NCBI GenBank assembly: GCA_013115145.1
Contig: JAAPAO010000260.1
Location: 1-45,961, forward strand
Length of the DNA: 45,961 nt
Direction of reading: 5' to 3'
DNA from: Perkinsus chesapeaki ATCC PRA-425
Lineage: Eukaryota; Protista; Perkinsozoa
In this document: piece by piece, positions 1 to 12,300 of the stretch
How the letters are laid out: every line of letters begins with the position of its first letter
Position numbering within the stretch: the stretch's first letter is position 1
The notes under the pieces: generated by a model
Seen by the model: the letters and a program-made list of their open reading frames with translations, nothing else
The model's database searches: none
Told to the model about the DNA's origin: nothing
Program-made: the position numbers and the translations under genes

Positions 1-826
1 GATTTTAAAGGCGCGTGACCATTTGCGAGCGCTACCTGAGGCGCGCCGGCCAAAATCCCTGGCAAAATCCCTGTACGCTTCTGATACATTTTGTTTCATA
101 CAAGAGGGGGTTTCAGCGTATTATCCTTGCTTTGGAGAGCAGTAGAGTAGCTGGCTTGACCTTTGGCTTCCATCTCAAGTACCTCCCCGATATCGGTAGA
201 AGTCTCGACAATGCTGGAGTTAGTATTGGTGTTATCGATATGTCCCCGGGAGCTGCCAGGTGATGGGCTTGGGTCAAACGAGGGGCCTACAGGTGGAATT
301 CTTCGTAATTTGTTTTCGATTTGCTATGATAGCAATGCTATCACCTTCCACAGCAAGCGCCACTTCCTGCTCCTCCAAGGATTCTTTTCGATTGATAGCC
401 AACCTCACAATTTCGTCCATCCTACCTGAAAACCATATTAATATACAAGTTGGCAAGTGCGGAGGCGAGTAAGGATGAATGCATAACCATTTTCAACGTT
501 GATAGCATAAAAGATTACACAAGAGGCTTCACTCTTTGAAGAACTGTGAGCCTCTTTATGTTTAGCCCACAAAAAGCAGAGAACTGTTGTCGAGCGACTC
601 TAATAGATTCCCAAACGCAAGAAATAACTTTGACGCTAGATCATCCTGCTTGATAAATGAAACGCGCGAGGGCCGGTGCCCGGCGCCAAGACCTTGGCTG
701 CAGAATTCTTGGGGAACTCGTAGAACCAGATTCTAGTGGGTGGATGAGCGAAACCAACGTATGATAGTCCTGCAGTGACTCGTCATCATCAAAACGCACC
801 GTGCGTTTTGATGCAACACCTTCCAT
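1..826 (-). CDS. Hypothetical multi-exon protein, 3' end runs off the window
   Basis: Start exon MEGVASKRTVRFDDDESLQDY (ATG 826), followed by natural-looking exons ESLDNSSLLLWAKHKEAH, MDEIVRLAINRKESLEEQEV and SSIVETSTDIGEVLEMEAK, separated by GT-AG-bounded gaps. No family recognised. Confidence 0.5.
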
Positions 827-1023
827 GCGTTACATTCTGTAACTCATCCGATAACACCATGTATAGTCAAGGCTCATCGATCCATCATCAGTGTGTTACC
901 AATGGTGATTCACCATCATCATGGTGGTAACATCAGCAATACTATTTTCCTTTCAGTGTCGTTAATTGGCAAACTTCTCTTAGTGTCATTCTCGCAACGG
1001 TACCAATGGCCAGCACTCCAGTG

Positions 1024-1240
1024 TTACCACCATGTGTTGTTCGTGGGATCCATGTAACACCAGCACTTATCATACATGAATACCGTTACACATCGAAACG
1101 GTTTGATATACTGGCGAGCGAGATCAGAACATGCGCGGTCCTCTTTCCCGAGGTCGTCACATTGCAGCTTGCAAGTATGGGCATTCAGTGCCCATTGAAG
1201 AATGAGCACTGCCAGCAAACAGCGCCCGGCGCTGTTAAAT
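1024..1240 (-). CDS. Possible small 6-Cys peptide exon with hydrophobic leader, start unresolved
   Basis: Open frame LLAVLILQWALNAHTCKLQCDDLGKEDRACSDLARQYIKPFRCVTVFMYDKCWCYMDPTNNTWW*, preceded by an acceptor-like TTAACAG. No in-frame ATG found. Confidence 0.25.
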
Positions 1241-2129
1241 GGTCAAGCATGGCCGAGCCGATTGTATCATCGTTGTTTATCGAATTGAGCACAGATCAAA
1301 TAAAATGAGGTTTTTGATCTGACGCCATCGCCACTTTTTCCCCTTGACCACTGATCAATGACAAGGGACCCTCATCTGGTTTCCGGTGTCATCGACAACC
1401 TTTAGTGCCACCACGATTACTTGATAGGGCACCAGGTTCCATCAGAGGGGCGATGGCTTCTTGGCAAGAGTATTTTGAAGACGCTCAAGTCTACAGTAGG
1501 CTACTATAGGTGGATACTTTTTCGGTGGCCTAATAATGGCCTGGTAATAGTAGTAGAATATTACTCTCACTACTACTAGCAGTAATCTTTTGGCACTATC
1601 TTTCCGCGTCGAGCAGCAAGGCTCGGTTAAGAATTTCTTCGACGCTGTGTATGACGCTGTGACAGCGTAACATAGCACACAGTTTGTATACAACCACTAC
1701 AGCCTCGTCGTCGTGGCTATCTACGATACACCTTGAGTTTTGCTTCCTCGGGAATCGCTATGCACCATAGTATTAGACACTGAATTCTGCCTCAAAGCTT
1801 CCCAAAGCTTCAAAACAAAATAGACTTATTTTGTATTCTTGAATACTTCCATGAATTTTATACATCATGAACGTTTATCATGCGCATTCATGCGCAAGCA
1901 TATTCATTTATTATTATTTATATCGCGAACGAGTAAATTACTACAGTAGCTTTAACTAGCTCAAACAAAGTAGTATATGTAATAAATATTATTTGAACTA
2001 GAAGTGTAATACTATTTGCTGTATTCATAAGTACCAATACTATTGTCCAATAGTTACTAATATCATAAACTATATATCAAGATGTGGTACACTTCTCAAA
2101 AATTACTACAATCGGTCTGATTTCTGCAC

Positions 2130-2846
2130 CTACCCACGGCTAAGCCATAGAGTACTACATTTAAGTGTATCCCACTCTGGCATCTTCCTTGGCTCCTCAT
2201 CTGATACTGGCTGCTCTCCATCCTCCTCACTGCCGTTGTCATCACTATCATGCTCCACCAGAGGGCTCGACGGTGTAGAGGGCGGTCTAACCTCTTCACA
2301 GTTATTCTCTGACCATTGTTCCTGCCATGCCTCTCGAATTTGCTGCTCCGTCCGAGTCCAAGCCTCCGCTGAAGCATCGCGTTTCCTCTGCCAATTCTCC
2401 AGTCTAGACTTAGCGGATTCCTCGTAAGCAGACATCATTTCTCTCAGATTTCCTCCAACCGATTCCGTAGTGGCACCGCATGCCTCCAGCAGCTGCTCTA
2501 GAGCATCCTCTTCTCGCTCGTTCGCCTCCGGCCAGGCCTCCTTAGGATGAACCTGGTGCCAGCATCACCCCTAACATTACCCTACTTCCCCAATATCATA
2601 TTGGCAATATGATACGTACATCGCAAAAGCCCTCCGAAATACTTCTACAGAGAACATTTACTAGGGGGGGCGCTTAGAAGTACACATAGCGGCATACTAA
2701 GACACTACCTCCGTTCCTTCCCAGCCACCTTCGCTGCTGCTACTACTATTAACTTCAACATCTTCTAGTAGTTTGTCCAGCAGTAAACCATCTGGGACAT
2801 CATTGAGAATAGCCAAATCGTGGAAGGCTAGATTAAGTTGGGCCAT
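2130..2846 (-). CDS. Hypothetical multi-exon acidic/coiled-coil protein (may extend further 3')
   Basis: Exon MAQLNLAFHDLAILNDVPDGLLLDKLLEDVE (ATG 2846) and a long exon VHPKEAWPEANEREEDALEQLLEACG...RLENWQRKRDASAEAW...DSDDNGSEEDGEQ. Splicing between them is not fully resolved. Confidence 0.45.
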
Positions 2847-3001
2847 TATTGAAGGACACCATTGTTAACCCTGTTGTTGTATAGCAGCTATACTATAGCT
2901 CATAGTATCGCTTTGAACTTCAAAATTTGAACCTATTCTAGAGGACACCCCTTCACCCAGAGTGCCGCGGCAGCTTCGTCTAGCCGACCAAATACTACCC
3001 C

Positions 3002-3042
3002 AAAAACTGACTGGGAAACTTTAAGTTTCCCAGTCAGTTTTT
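3002..3042. repeat. Perfect inverted repeat, 20-bp arms with 1-nt spacer
   Basis: AAAAACTGACTGGGAAACTT-T-AAGTTTCCCAGTCAGTTTTT. Confidence 0.95.
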
Positions 3043-3484
3043 AACTGGCAGGAATTATGTAACCACCGAATATGTGCACCGTTCCCGTTGCCAATACCCT
3101 TCTGTAGAGGACCTCTACTAGAGGAGCGGCCGGCAGTCTTTTATTCAATTCTCTAATATCACCTCATACTGCTAGCTGAGTTGCTATCTTTATACCGGCC
3201 AAATTTTTGATGAATAATTATAATTCATGATATATGACTCAATGTTCGTTAATATTTCTTACACAGATTCCTCGAATGTAGAACCCCCAGCGATGTTCCC
3301 AGCCCAGAGTGACAACTATACTAGAAATGCTCCGTAGGCTCCACATGCCTCCACCCTGCTATACTGCTGTTAACCCAAGGCAATATTGTTGATATGAACT
3401 GATACTGCCTCTCGGCAATCAGTGTTACTGAGCGTGACAATACAAAGCTTGGCAGCCTGGGGCCCATCATGGGTTCATCAAAAA

Positions 3485-4450
3485 CGGAAATTTTCATGCG
3501 TGCGCGGAAATTTCCGTGAAAACTTCATAGATTTCCGGAAATGCACGGAAATTTTGGAAATCACTGGAAATCTCCAGCACGCAGAGCACTGTAGCACCCT
3601 GCAGACGGTCTGTCAGCACGACGTTCTTAAGAATGCGCTCACTTCGTTCTGAAGCCTTCGGCGGTGGCTTACGATCAACTACTCGCCAACTTACCATTAC
3701 ATATTCGTCTGCGCGGAAATCCATGCAACCGTCATGCATGCCAGCACGCATGCGCCTCGATGGCGCGCACCCTTTACCGACATTCTCTTCTAGTACCACA
3801 GTGATACTATCACTAGTAGTGATACTGATTCACTACAGGAGAAGTGACTAGCCTAGAATCTAAAGCTGTTGCAGCTGCTCTGGCTTTCATTGCAGCTATC
3901 ACCAACGTTCCTCCGCTAACATGGTCAGCCTGACCATAAGCGCAGCTTCCACACACCAACAATTCTCAGCAATCATCAAGAGCATGAATATAATATGCTC
4001 CTAACCTCTCTTCCAGGCAACTGAAATAAACAGCGCCTCCGCCCATCAGCCTTCACGAAGTGTGAAACATATTTTCACTCGTGCGACGCAGCGGGTTTGA
4101 CCCAGTGGGCCCGAGTCGGACTGCCCGACTCGCGATCGACTCTAGCGGCGCGGTCTTTTATCCATGAAGAGCCTTCACTCTTGAAGAATCCGTATGTGCG
4201 CTTGGAACCACAAGACTACGCAGCTTACACACGTCGCCCTGAAAAGCTAGTAGCAGTAGCACTGCTGCAGTGCTACTGTAGCACAACGGGAGTATGCAGT
4301 TCGTCGGAGAGTGTGGAGGTGAATTTTCACACAAAAGTGCCGAAAACTCGGATATTCGAACAAGATTTCCAAAAATCACCACGATACACGGAAATCTTGT
4401 CGAACGCGGAAATCCGGGAATTTCCGTAGAAATATTTCCGCGGAAATTTG
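3485..4450. repeat. Two clusters of GGAAAT/ATTTCC motifs in intergenic DNA
   Basis: GGAAAT at 3486, 3506, 3537, 3547, 3556, 3566, ~3715, 4390, 4408, 4442, plus reverse ATTTCCG copies at ~3510, 3531, 4420, 4435. Confidence 0.6.
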
Positions 4451-4596
4451 CGGAGACCACGAAAACCGGGGCCCCCGGCATGCCCCGGCCCTCGGTGGTG
4501 ATGTGGCGATGATGTTTTCTAGCCATTCCCCTAACCGGGAATTAGGGAGAAGTATCATATTCTGTCGCGATGGCGAACCCTTGTTGAAACTTAGCC

Positions 4597-5913
4597 ATCA
4601 TCAACTTCGCGTGCGAACCCGGAATACGGACTCTGTGTAGTATTCGGTCTATACTGCGCTGCGATCAGAGGAGTGAATCCCCGGACCTACCCGATATGCG
4701 TTACTACGATTCATTCTGGAGCTAAAAGCTAACCACTGCCGCCATGAATCTGGCCTGGGCTTGATATTCCGAACTCTTTAGCTATCCTTTTGCTTTGGCG
4801 TCTCTACAAGTCGGAGGCGGCCCATTGAGTAGCATTCAATGAATATCAATCAGGCTCATTGACAATGAGCACTACTGTGGTTGAATCGTATGGGATCTCC
4901 GCCAAGCTAATGAATGGGCTGTTGAAACTGCAAACTCTGCAGCACAGAGACAGACCCCGTTTAAGGTTTAGAAATGAGATGAGATGGAGTTACCAACTTA
5001 TTAGCCATGGTTATAGCCACCAATGTTTCGTGTAGTCGTCTCGAACACGGCTAAGCAACCCATGCTGGACCTAGCAACCCAGACCATGTCGTTAATCATC
5101 GGGCATGATTTCTCCAGCAAGTGCTTCAGTAAAGTAGTGCTGGGCTCATCTCAGTGCTATTCCCCACGCGAGCACTAGGCCTTATGCTAGGAGCAAGGCC
5201 CAGTGAACGAATACACGTTGCGAATGTTTGGCTAAGTAATCCTCACCCTGAACGCCGAGCCGAAAAAGTGGGATTTGGTAGATTGGCACCGCCGAAATTA
5301 GGCTTCTATGAAAGAGCCTTGCTTCCTGACGTCGGCTCCTGCGAAGCTTCAAAGGTCCACTCACACGCTTATGAGGGAAATCCCTGCGATTGTTGTTATT
5401 GACGATCCCGGCGGGGCGTCGAAAACATCACGCCGTGTGATTCACGCGTGGCATGACGCCTCGTTGAAGGATAGCTTAGGACTAGTGGCGTTGAGATAAC
5501 ATCTTTGATATTCTTCTACAGTTGTTTGGAAAAAAATCATGCACATCGGCATCCTATTCCTCGCCTCTATTGCACTGGCCTCCCCGTCTGGCAAGTACTT
5601 CTACGAAGCTCCTGGTGGTGTGTGCATCCAAACTGACTGGGATCATTCCCTTTCCACTCTTACCTCGAGATTATCCTGCTATGGCGAGGTCTTCCAGCCA
5701 GCTAGAGTAAATATTCAGCAAGACCGCTCGGGCCGGTATTTTGTCATCCCCGATATCAGAAGGAGGCAACTGCTAGTGTCGCTGCGAAGTTTGGGAGAGA
5801 GGTGTGACAAGAGAGTTGTCAACCATGACCTACTATTTTTCACCGAGAAGAACGGCAATATATCGACCCATTTTGAAGGAGCCATCATAGAACTCATGCC
5901 GGGTGAATGCTAG
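4597..5913 (+). repeat. Copy 1 of a diverged ~1.3-kb tandem segmental duplication (gene plus ~940 bp upstream)
   Basis: Collinear with 6699-7974, e.g. GGAATACGGACTC vs GGAATACAGACTC, GTTGAATCGTAT in both, and a 37-nt block (5115-5151 vs 7173-7209) with one mismatch. Confidence 0.85.
5539..5913 (+). CDS. Intronless secreted 4-Cys protein, paralog A (124 aa)
   Basis: Signal-like MHIGILFLASIALA, then PSGKY, C-IQTDW, RLSC-G, QPARV, NISTHFEG and LMPGEC, all matched in the paralog at 7594-7974. Confidence 0.85.
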   Translation: MHIGILFLASIALASPSGKYFYEAPGGVCIQTDWDHSLSTLTSRLSCYGEVFQPARVNIQQDRSGRYFVIPDIRRRQLLVSLRSLGERCDKRVVNHDLLFFTEKNGNISTHFEGAIIELMPGEC

Positions 5914-6698
5914 TTACAGTGAAGCTCGGTGGTCGGTGACACCCACTAGGTGTCAAGCAAGTGGTATGTTTTTGTATGGGGCCAGTGTCAGTCCATCTAC
6001 AGTTGGTAGTGAAGTCATCTTCTTATGCTAACTCTTAACCTTACCCTCGACACCTCGATGAAGCAAATATCATTTCAAACAAGCGACATTGTGTTGAAGT
6101 AGAGTAGGAGAAATTCCGCGGAATCGTAAGTTTCGCACACTGGAAACTATTGCAAGCTTCAGCCAAAGGGCTAAGCCTCGAAGGCTTGGGCAGCTCTGAG
6201 AACTTCAGACTGAAATGACAGCCCACCGACCTTGTAAGCCTCCCCAGTGGAGTCCCACTCATCCTCCACCATTCAACTCAGCTTGCACTTGGTAACCTTG
6301 CTTAGACTTTCTCAACAATTCATGGACATCTAGTGGATGGCGGAGACCACGGAGCACCTCCGTCTACCACAGCTTGTGTGGCGTAATATCTCTTGAGGAG
6401 AGCATGACTTGTAGATAAAGTGTCGTCATAATTATCGCCGATGATTTATCGGCCGTCCTCAGCCAAGCCTACTATTTCTTCAACGACTCGCTAATAGCAA
6501 ATCACAAATCAGTTATGGCATCGAAACACCCAACGGAACTCCCGGGGGAGGAACACTGAATGATAATCAGTGTATGCTGAAGAGTTCAGTTATAACAAAC
6601 TACACGCCAAGTATAGGCGAGAAAACCAGCTGCGTCCCCCGCTTGAGTATAGATTCCTTTTGTACGCTTCAACATCGACTGACCACAATCTTACAACA

Positions 6699-7974
6699 AT
6701 CATCAACCTCGAGCGAGGCCGCAGGAATACAGACTCCGTATACAACGCTGTGATCCGATGAACCAATCTTCCGGGTCTACCACCTATGCGTTACACTGTT
6801 ACTTTGGTGGTATTAACCGGGGTTATTAGTGCTACCATAAATCCGGCTAGGGCACCAGTTGCTCCGAATTATTTAGCTACCTTTGGCCTTGGAGTCTCTA
6901 CGAGTCGGCGGCGCTCCCTTGGATAATATTCAGTGTATACGAATGAGCACCGGTTGAATCGTATTGGAACACCGGCAAGCTCGCTGATGAAACTGCGAAC
7001 TCTGCAGCGCGGAGATGAACTCTTTTTGGGCTTAGTTGTTCGGATTACCAACTCATTAGCCATGGTTGTACGTTTTTTTAGCCTGAAAGTTCCAAAAAGC
7101 GATTTATAATGCATCAAAGCCTCCTGAAGGAGAACAGGCTGCAGTATCGTCAATCAGCGAGCATGATTTGGTCAGCAAGTGTTTCAGTAAAGTAGTGCTG
7201 GGCTCATCTGAATTTCTTTCCCTACACGAAGACTTGACCTTATGCCAGGAGAAGGCCAGGGAACAGGTGCAAGCGTGCAAGCTATTAGCCAGTGGCCGAA
7301 TGGTCCTCACCTTCAGTGCCGAGTCCTGGAGAGAGCAAGTTCTAGTAGATGGACACCGCCAAGGTTAGTGCTGCGAGGAAGGTCCTTGCTCTCGGAGTTC
7401 AGACTCTTTTAAATTTCATAATCGGGAGAGGAAACCCTCGCCAAGTTGTTACCGGGTTCGGCGGGGCGTCGAAGATTTCGTGCGTGGCATAGCGCCTCCC
7501 CGAAGGCAATCGCTTAGGACTAGGAGCGTTAAATGGAGACAACATATTTGATGCACTTGGAAGAATTCCTTCCCAGTTGTTTGGAATAATAATATGCACG
7601 TCTGCTGCATCCTAGTCCTCTCTTCTATCGCATTGGCCTTCCCCTCGGGAACATACTCTCATAGAGCTGCCAGTGGCGACACGTGTGTCCAAACGGACTG
7701 GAACTCAGCCCATTCTTCAGCTAGCTTGAGAATATCCTGCAGTGGGGTGATCCTTCAACCAGCTAGAGTGTTGCTCGAACAGGACAGCAAACGATATCAT
7801 CTTGTTACTCTGGACACCATGTGGAGTAGGACCGCACTTCTCATAAGTTACAGAGACGAGTGTTACAAGGACCCTAAACCCCTTGATATGATATCCTTCT
7901 TCGATCACGGTACCAACATCTCAACCTATTTCGAAGGAGTAAAGGCGATTCTCATACCGGGGGAATGCAGCTGA
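6699..7974 (+). repeat. Copy 2 of the ~1.3-kb tandem segmental duplication
   Basis: Collinear with 4597-5913 at an offset of about 2.06-2.10 kb. Confidence 0.85.
7594..7974 (+). CDS. Intronless secreted 4-Cys protein, paralog B (126 aa)
   Basis: Signal-like MHVCCILVLSSIALA, then PSGTY, C-VQTDW, RISC-G, QPARV, NISTYFEG and LIPGECS. Four mature-region Cys align with paralog A. Confidence 0.85.
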   Translation: MHVCCILVLSSIALAFPSGTYSHRAASGDTCVQTDWNSAHSSASLRISCSGVILQPARVLLEQDSKRYHLVTLDTMWSRTALLISYRDECYKDPKPLDMISFFDHGTNISTYFEGVKAILIPGECS

Positions 7975-9386
7975 TCATGACCCCACCGCTGGTGTGTGCA
8001 GCAGATCCTAGTCTAGATGCTATCAGTGTTCTAGTCTGAGGCCCATGCTAGCTCATCTACATTTGGTACTGGAGGTCCTCTGCTTGCGCTGACCCTTCAC
8101 TTTCCTTCTATTATAGCACTTTTCATTTCGAATAAACAGCACTGTGTTGATGTAGGAGAAATAGGCAAACAACAGTTCCAACTCCAGGCATGATGATGAC
8201 CAGGGCCTCAGGGACGAAAGCATCCGGTCCGTCTACTACTCGCACTTTGGCGAGGCTACCATGGAGGAGGGGGGCTTCAATGCAATTGAAAGCGATGAGA
8301 AGTCCGGGAAATTTCCCCTCCAAAATATGTAGCGAACACATGACCATTATCCGACATCGCTGCGATGGGTTTTCAAGATCCGCCACACACTGCAACTTTT
8401 TGTACTATAGAAACTGCACCAGTAAAGTCACTGTCTCACTGCTCACCAGCTCCTACAATATAACACCAAAGTATTACTACAAATTTATCACCACTAGGAA
8501 AATCCTACCATGGGATTCGTCGCGAGAATTCCTTACACGAATCCTACCGTTTGCTGTGGCATGGGCGAATCATTTCCGCGATAATCCCGACTATCCAATC
8601 GAAAAAACATCTTCACGTCGTACTCCAGAAAACAGCCACCTGTACGAGTGGTTATCGGTAGCTTCCCTCGAACCAAGAAGGCGGCCGGATACATAATACT
8701 GAAAATCGCCGAGTAGCTGAAGCCATGTTTCCCCAGATGGATAATTTTATAGCAGAGGGGGCCCGGGTAGGTAGCCACAAACATATTCAAGACCTACCAC
8801 TCTTTGTCCACAGGTCGGGTCGATATCATGCACACCAAAGCAAATCTTGAGAGGACCTCCAGTCTGTGGGAGGCACCGAATCGTTAGAGTCGGTGCCACC
8901 GACACTAACGATGCAGATGGCATATACTCAGTATTGAAAAAGCCTAAACGGTGCCACCAGCAAACTTCAAAAGATCATGAGCCACATGACAATCGCGTCA
9001 TACAACCCTCTCAATGATACCAACTTACCAGTAATGTTCAATTTCTAAATAACTTTTGTTTTACTATATAACACAAGTCAGCAATAATCGATGTGAATTG
9101 GTATTAATAGTTATGCTGTTATAAGCGCAATGATGACTTTAATAATACTACTACCACCACCTACAGGTCTTCCATGGTCTTCCCAGAATGGCAGATGTGC
9201 TGATGGTTAATAGGAGGCTCGCTACAAAAGGTAGAGGAAGGAGCGGGGCAGCCGCCGCTTATACTGGGCGGAGAGGTCAAATGAAAGAATGTCCGTTGAG
9301 TTATAGTGGCAATTCGATGATGATTATTAAATATACATTGGTCAGCTGCCGATCACTTATAATGAGTCAAGTCAACTATCTCGCCC

Positions 9387-12300
9387 TCATAACTCGGTCT
9401 TATTGACATCAACACCACTAAGCTTTATAAATGTATCCGGTACTTTAATGACCGGACTGGGATCATTCGAGACCACGGTACCTGAATATCCCACAATATA
9501 TCACTATCCCACTTCAGTAGGGCTACCTCCTTCCGGCGGCGGTTCATCGCCTGCTCCATCACCATCATCATTCTTATCCGTAGCTGCTCTTGACGACGAT
9601 GCTGTGGTAACATCGGCCGTAGCAGCAGCCGGTTGATGAATGTTTTGCAATGGATGATCGTGAGCATTACCGTGGGGCACTTGGGGTGTTGTTATCTATC
9701 ATAAAAACAAAGGAGGACATTTAAAACAGAATCGCTATCCTTTAAACGGCAATCCCAAGCCCCACATCAATTGCACATCAAAAGCGTACATGAAGCAAAT
9801 CGAGTAGTTTTCTAATCCATGAGAATCGGTATATAATCGACTTTTTGGTATATTGAAGATGATCTTCTCAAGGAGTCATCTAACCTCATAGAAGCATGTT
9901 CCTCGGCGATGAAAAAATGTTTCCTAATGCAGAGACTTATAATGAAAATCCTGCTTTGTAATAATACACACACAAAAAATATAGTAAAATAAATATACAA
10001 ATTATGTACTAATATACCAGAGCGGAAGGAACGATGAACAAATATGAATAATATAAAAGCAAATATATCTCCTCTGGGAACATCAGATTTTCCCGCTTAC
10101 ATAACCATCAACAGGTGTTGAAGCAGCACTCCTATCATCTTCTCCAGAGTAATCGCTGCCAGATCCCCTCCGGCCATGTAGACACGGTAAAATGACTGGG
10201 GGCAAATTAGATGGCAGAACCTAACCAGCTTTGCCTCATATCAACGCTCAGCAGCTGCCGTACCACAGTTCCGCTGCGTCGATCGAATTTAGAGCCTTTC
10301 CGTCGGGCCTTAGCCACACCGTAGACCATATTCCCTCCTGGTCCTCTATAATAAGGGTTATCAATACAACCATGTGATAAGGAATACACTCCTTTGATCT
10401 GTTCATACCTGTCATCAAAGCTTTCATAGCAAACTTGGGACGCTGCCTTACGTGGTTTGGGCTGTTAGAACCAAGTAGGTATGATATGCGAACAGGCCCA
10501 CTGTGAACCACATGAAGAGTGCACAGTATACCAGTAATACTATAGTCATCGGACTGGCCTCTACACCACCTGTCAACACAAGGTTCGATGTGGATAGAAA
10601 TGGATGGAGACTATTGATGAAACCAACCCCAAATGAACCTTCTACTTTCAGATACGGACCCTTCAAGACTACAAATTTCAACGCAAAGATAAGCGAAAGA
10701 ATCAGACAGCGATAAGGCATAGTTCAGGGGAAAGTTCCTTATCGTCAGTGGCTTGATGACATCAACCCTTTTTAAGGAATGAACCTTGAAACCTTTTACT
10801 CTACTATGGCCAAATCAATGGTCGCGAAAATTTCTGTTGTATTATTTCCACCCTGACTGATACCGTCCGACCCGCCAGAAATGACTCTGTTAATACAGTA
10901 ATAAGAGAGCCATGAAGAAAGACAACCATCCACATAGGATATCTTTGCGCACTGTGTAGAATTCTCACCTACGAATCCTCCATTCTCATCCGAGAGTATA
11001 ACAAGATTTGCCACCGACAATGCCAGTCCGAACAACGTTAGAGCCGCAGTGGCTGTTATAAAGCAGTAAAATATCCTACATTAAAATAAACATTATATTT
11101 CCTTTTATTATTATTACCGATAATTCCCGCCTCCTATACAGGTGCCCACCCACGGACAGTGGTGATCGAACTTAGTCACACAAGTGTTACAGGTACCGCA
11201 ATGGGTGGCCCTTGGAGGACGATATAGATGGCAAGTGTGACAATATCTGAAAACCAAACTGGGAATCCAAACCATGCTCCCTCAGCGGCTGGTATCTATT
11301 TCTGGTGGCGACTCAATCCTCGCATCTTCCGACTCCAGCCATGAAATCTCCACGCTGAACCCTTATGAAAAAATTAGCCCGGAATTTTCCCGAAAATTCC
11401 CCTCTTGCCGGGGACATACGCCTGATCCAAGGCACATGGGAATTATGGAGGACGCAGCGATACGAAGGTTTACGTATCCCAACACTGTCTAGGAAGCCAC
11501 CAATCATACTACCAAAGCTATGGCCGTGACCCCCTCCATGCCCAGTACTACTTTAACCGAAATGGGTGGTTACTCAGCACACAATCTTGAAACCGCGGAG
11601 GGGCACGAAACCGTTTCTGAGACTGGTATCAGATAAGGCTTTGGTATAGTACGGTACCTCTCCTGTGGGTGGATCTTCGTATGCTCCATAAGACTCCAGC
11701 CTGGGCAGGATGCCGGGGTCAGAGTACATAGTCTTCAATAGAAGGTAAAGTGATACCACTTCCAGTATAATGAGAACCACTAGAACTCCTACGTTAAAGT
11801 ACTGAAATGAAAGACAACGGATAAGGGAGAATCGCTGAGGGACCATAGACCGCTGTGGAGAGACAGTAGAACTAAGTTTCATTCAGTGTGATGTAATTAA
11901 CTTAATGAAGCGGAATAGATAGACGAATCGATCGATATGGAAAAGGATTAGCTTCGGAAAGAATCTTAGGTTGATGCTTGCTTACTGGTGCTACGAATAC
12001 ATCCAATAGAACAGATGGTGCTAAGATAGCCAGAAAGCTGCCATATCCTTGCTTCCATTCCGGCCTGACAAAGTTGCGGTATGAAAGCCTTAATGGGTTT
12101 ATAGTACCCGCTAAGACAACAGCCTTCAAACCATATCTTGACGTCACCATAGCAAGGTTCGGCCACATAAGATACTCGCAGGCTCTCTTCCTCCTCAGCC
12201 GATATTGGGTCTTTAGTCGAAAACGATGATCCACCTACGGGAAGGATATTAGCCTTTAGAGCAGCGTAATGGAAAAGTGAATAGGACAGAAAGTGAAGCA

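Noticed and set aside
6041-6520. Natural-looking minus-strand peptide fragments between the duplicated units (also 8123-8790)
   Set aside because: The frames are interrupted and could not be spliced into a coherent gene or matched to any transposon or protein family.
8873-8900. Hairpin GGCACCGA...TCGGTGCC resembling the SpCas9 tracrRNA terminal hairpin
   Set aside because: Only 8-bp arms with a different loop and no other tracrRNA/sgRNA scaffold; consistent with chance.
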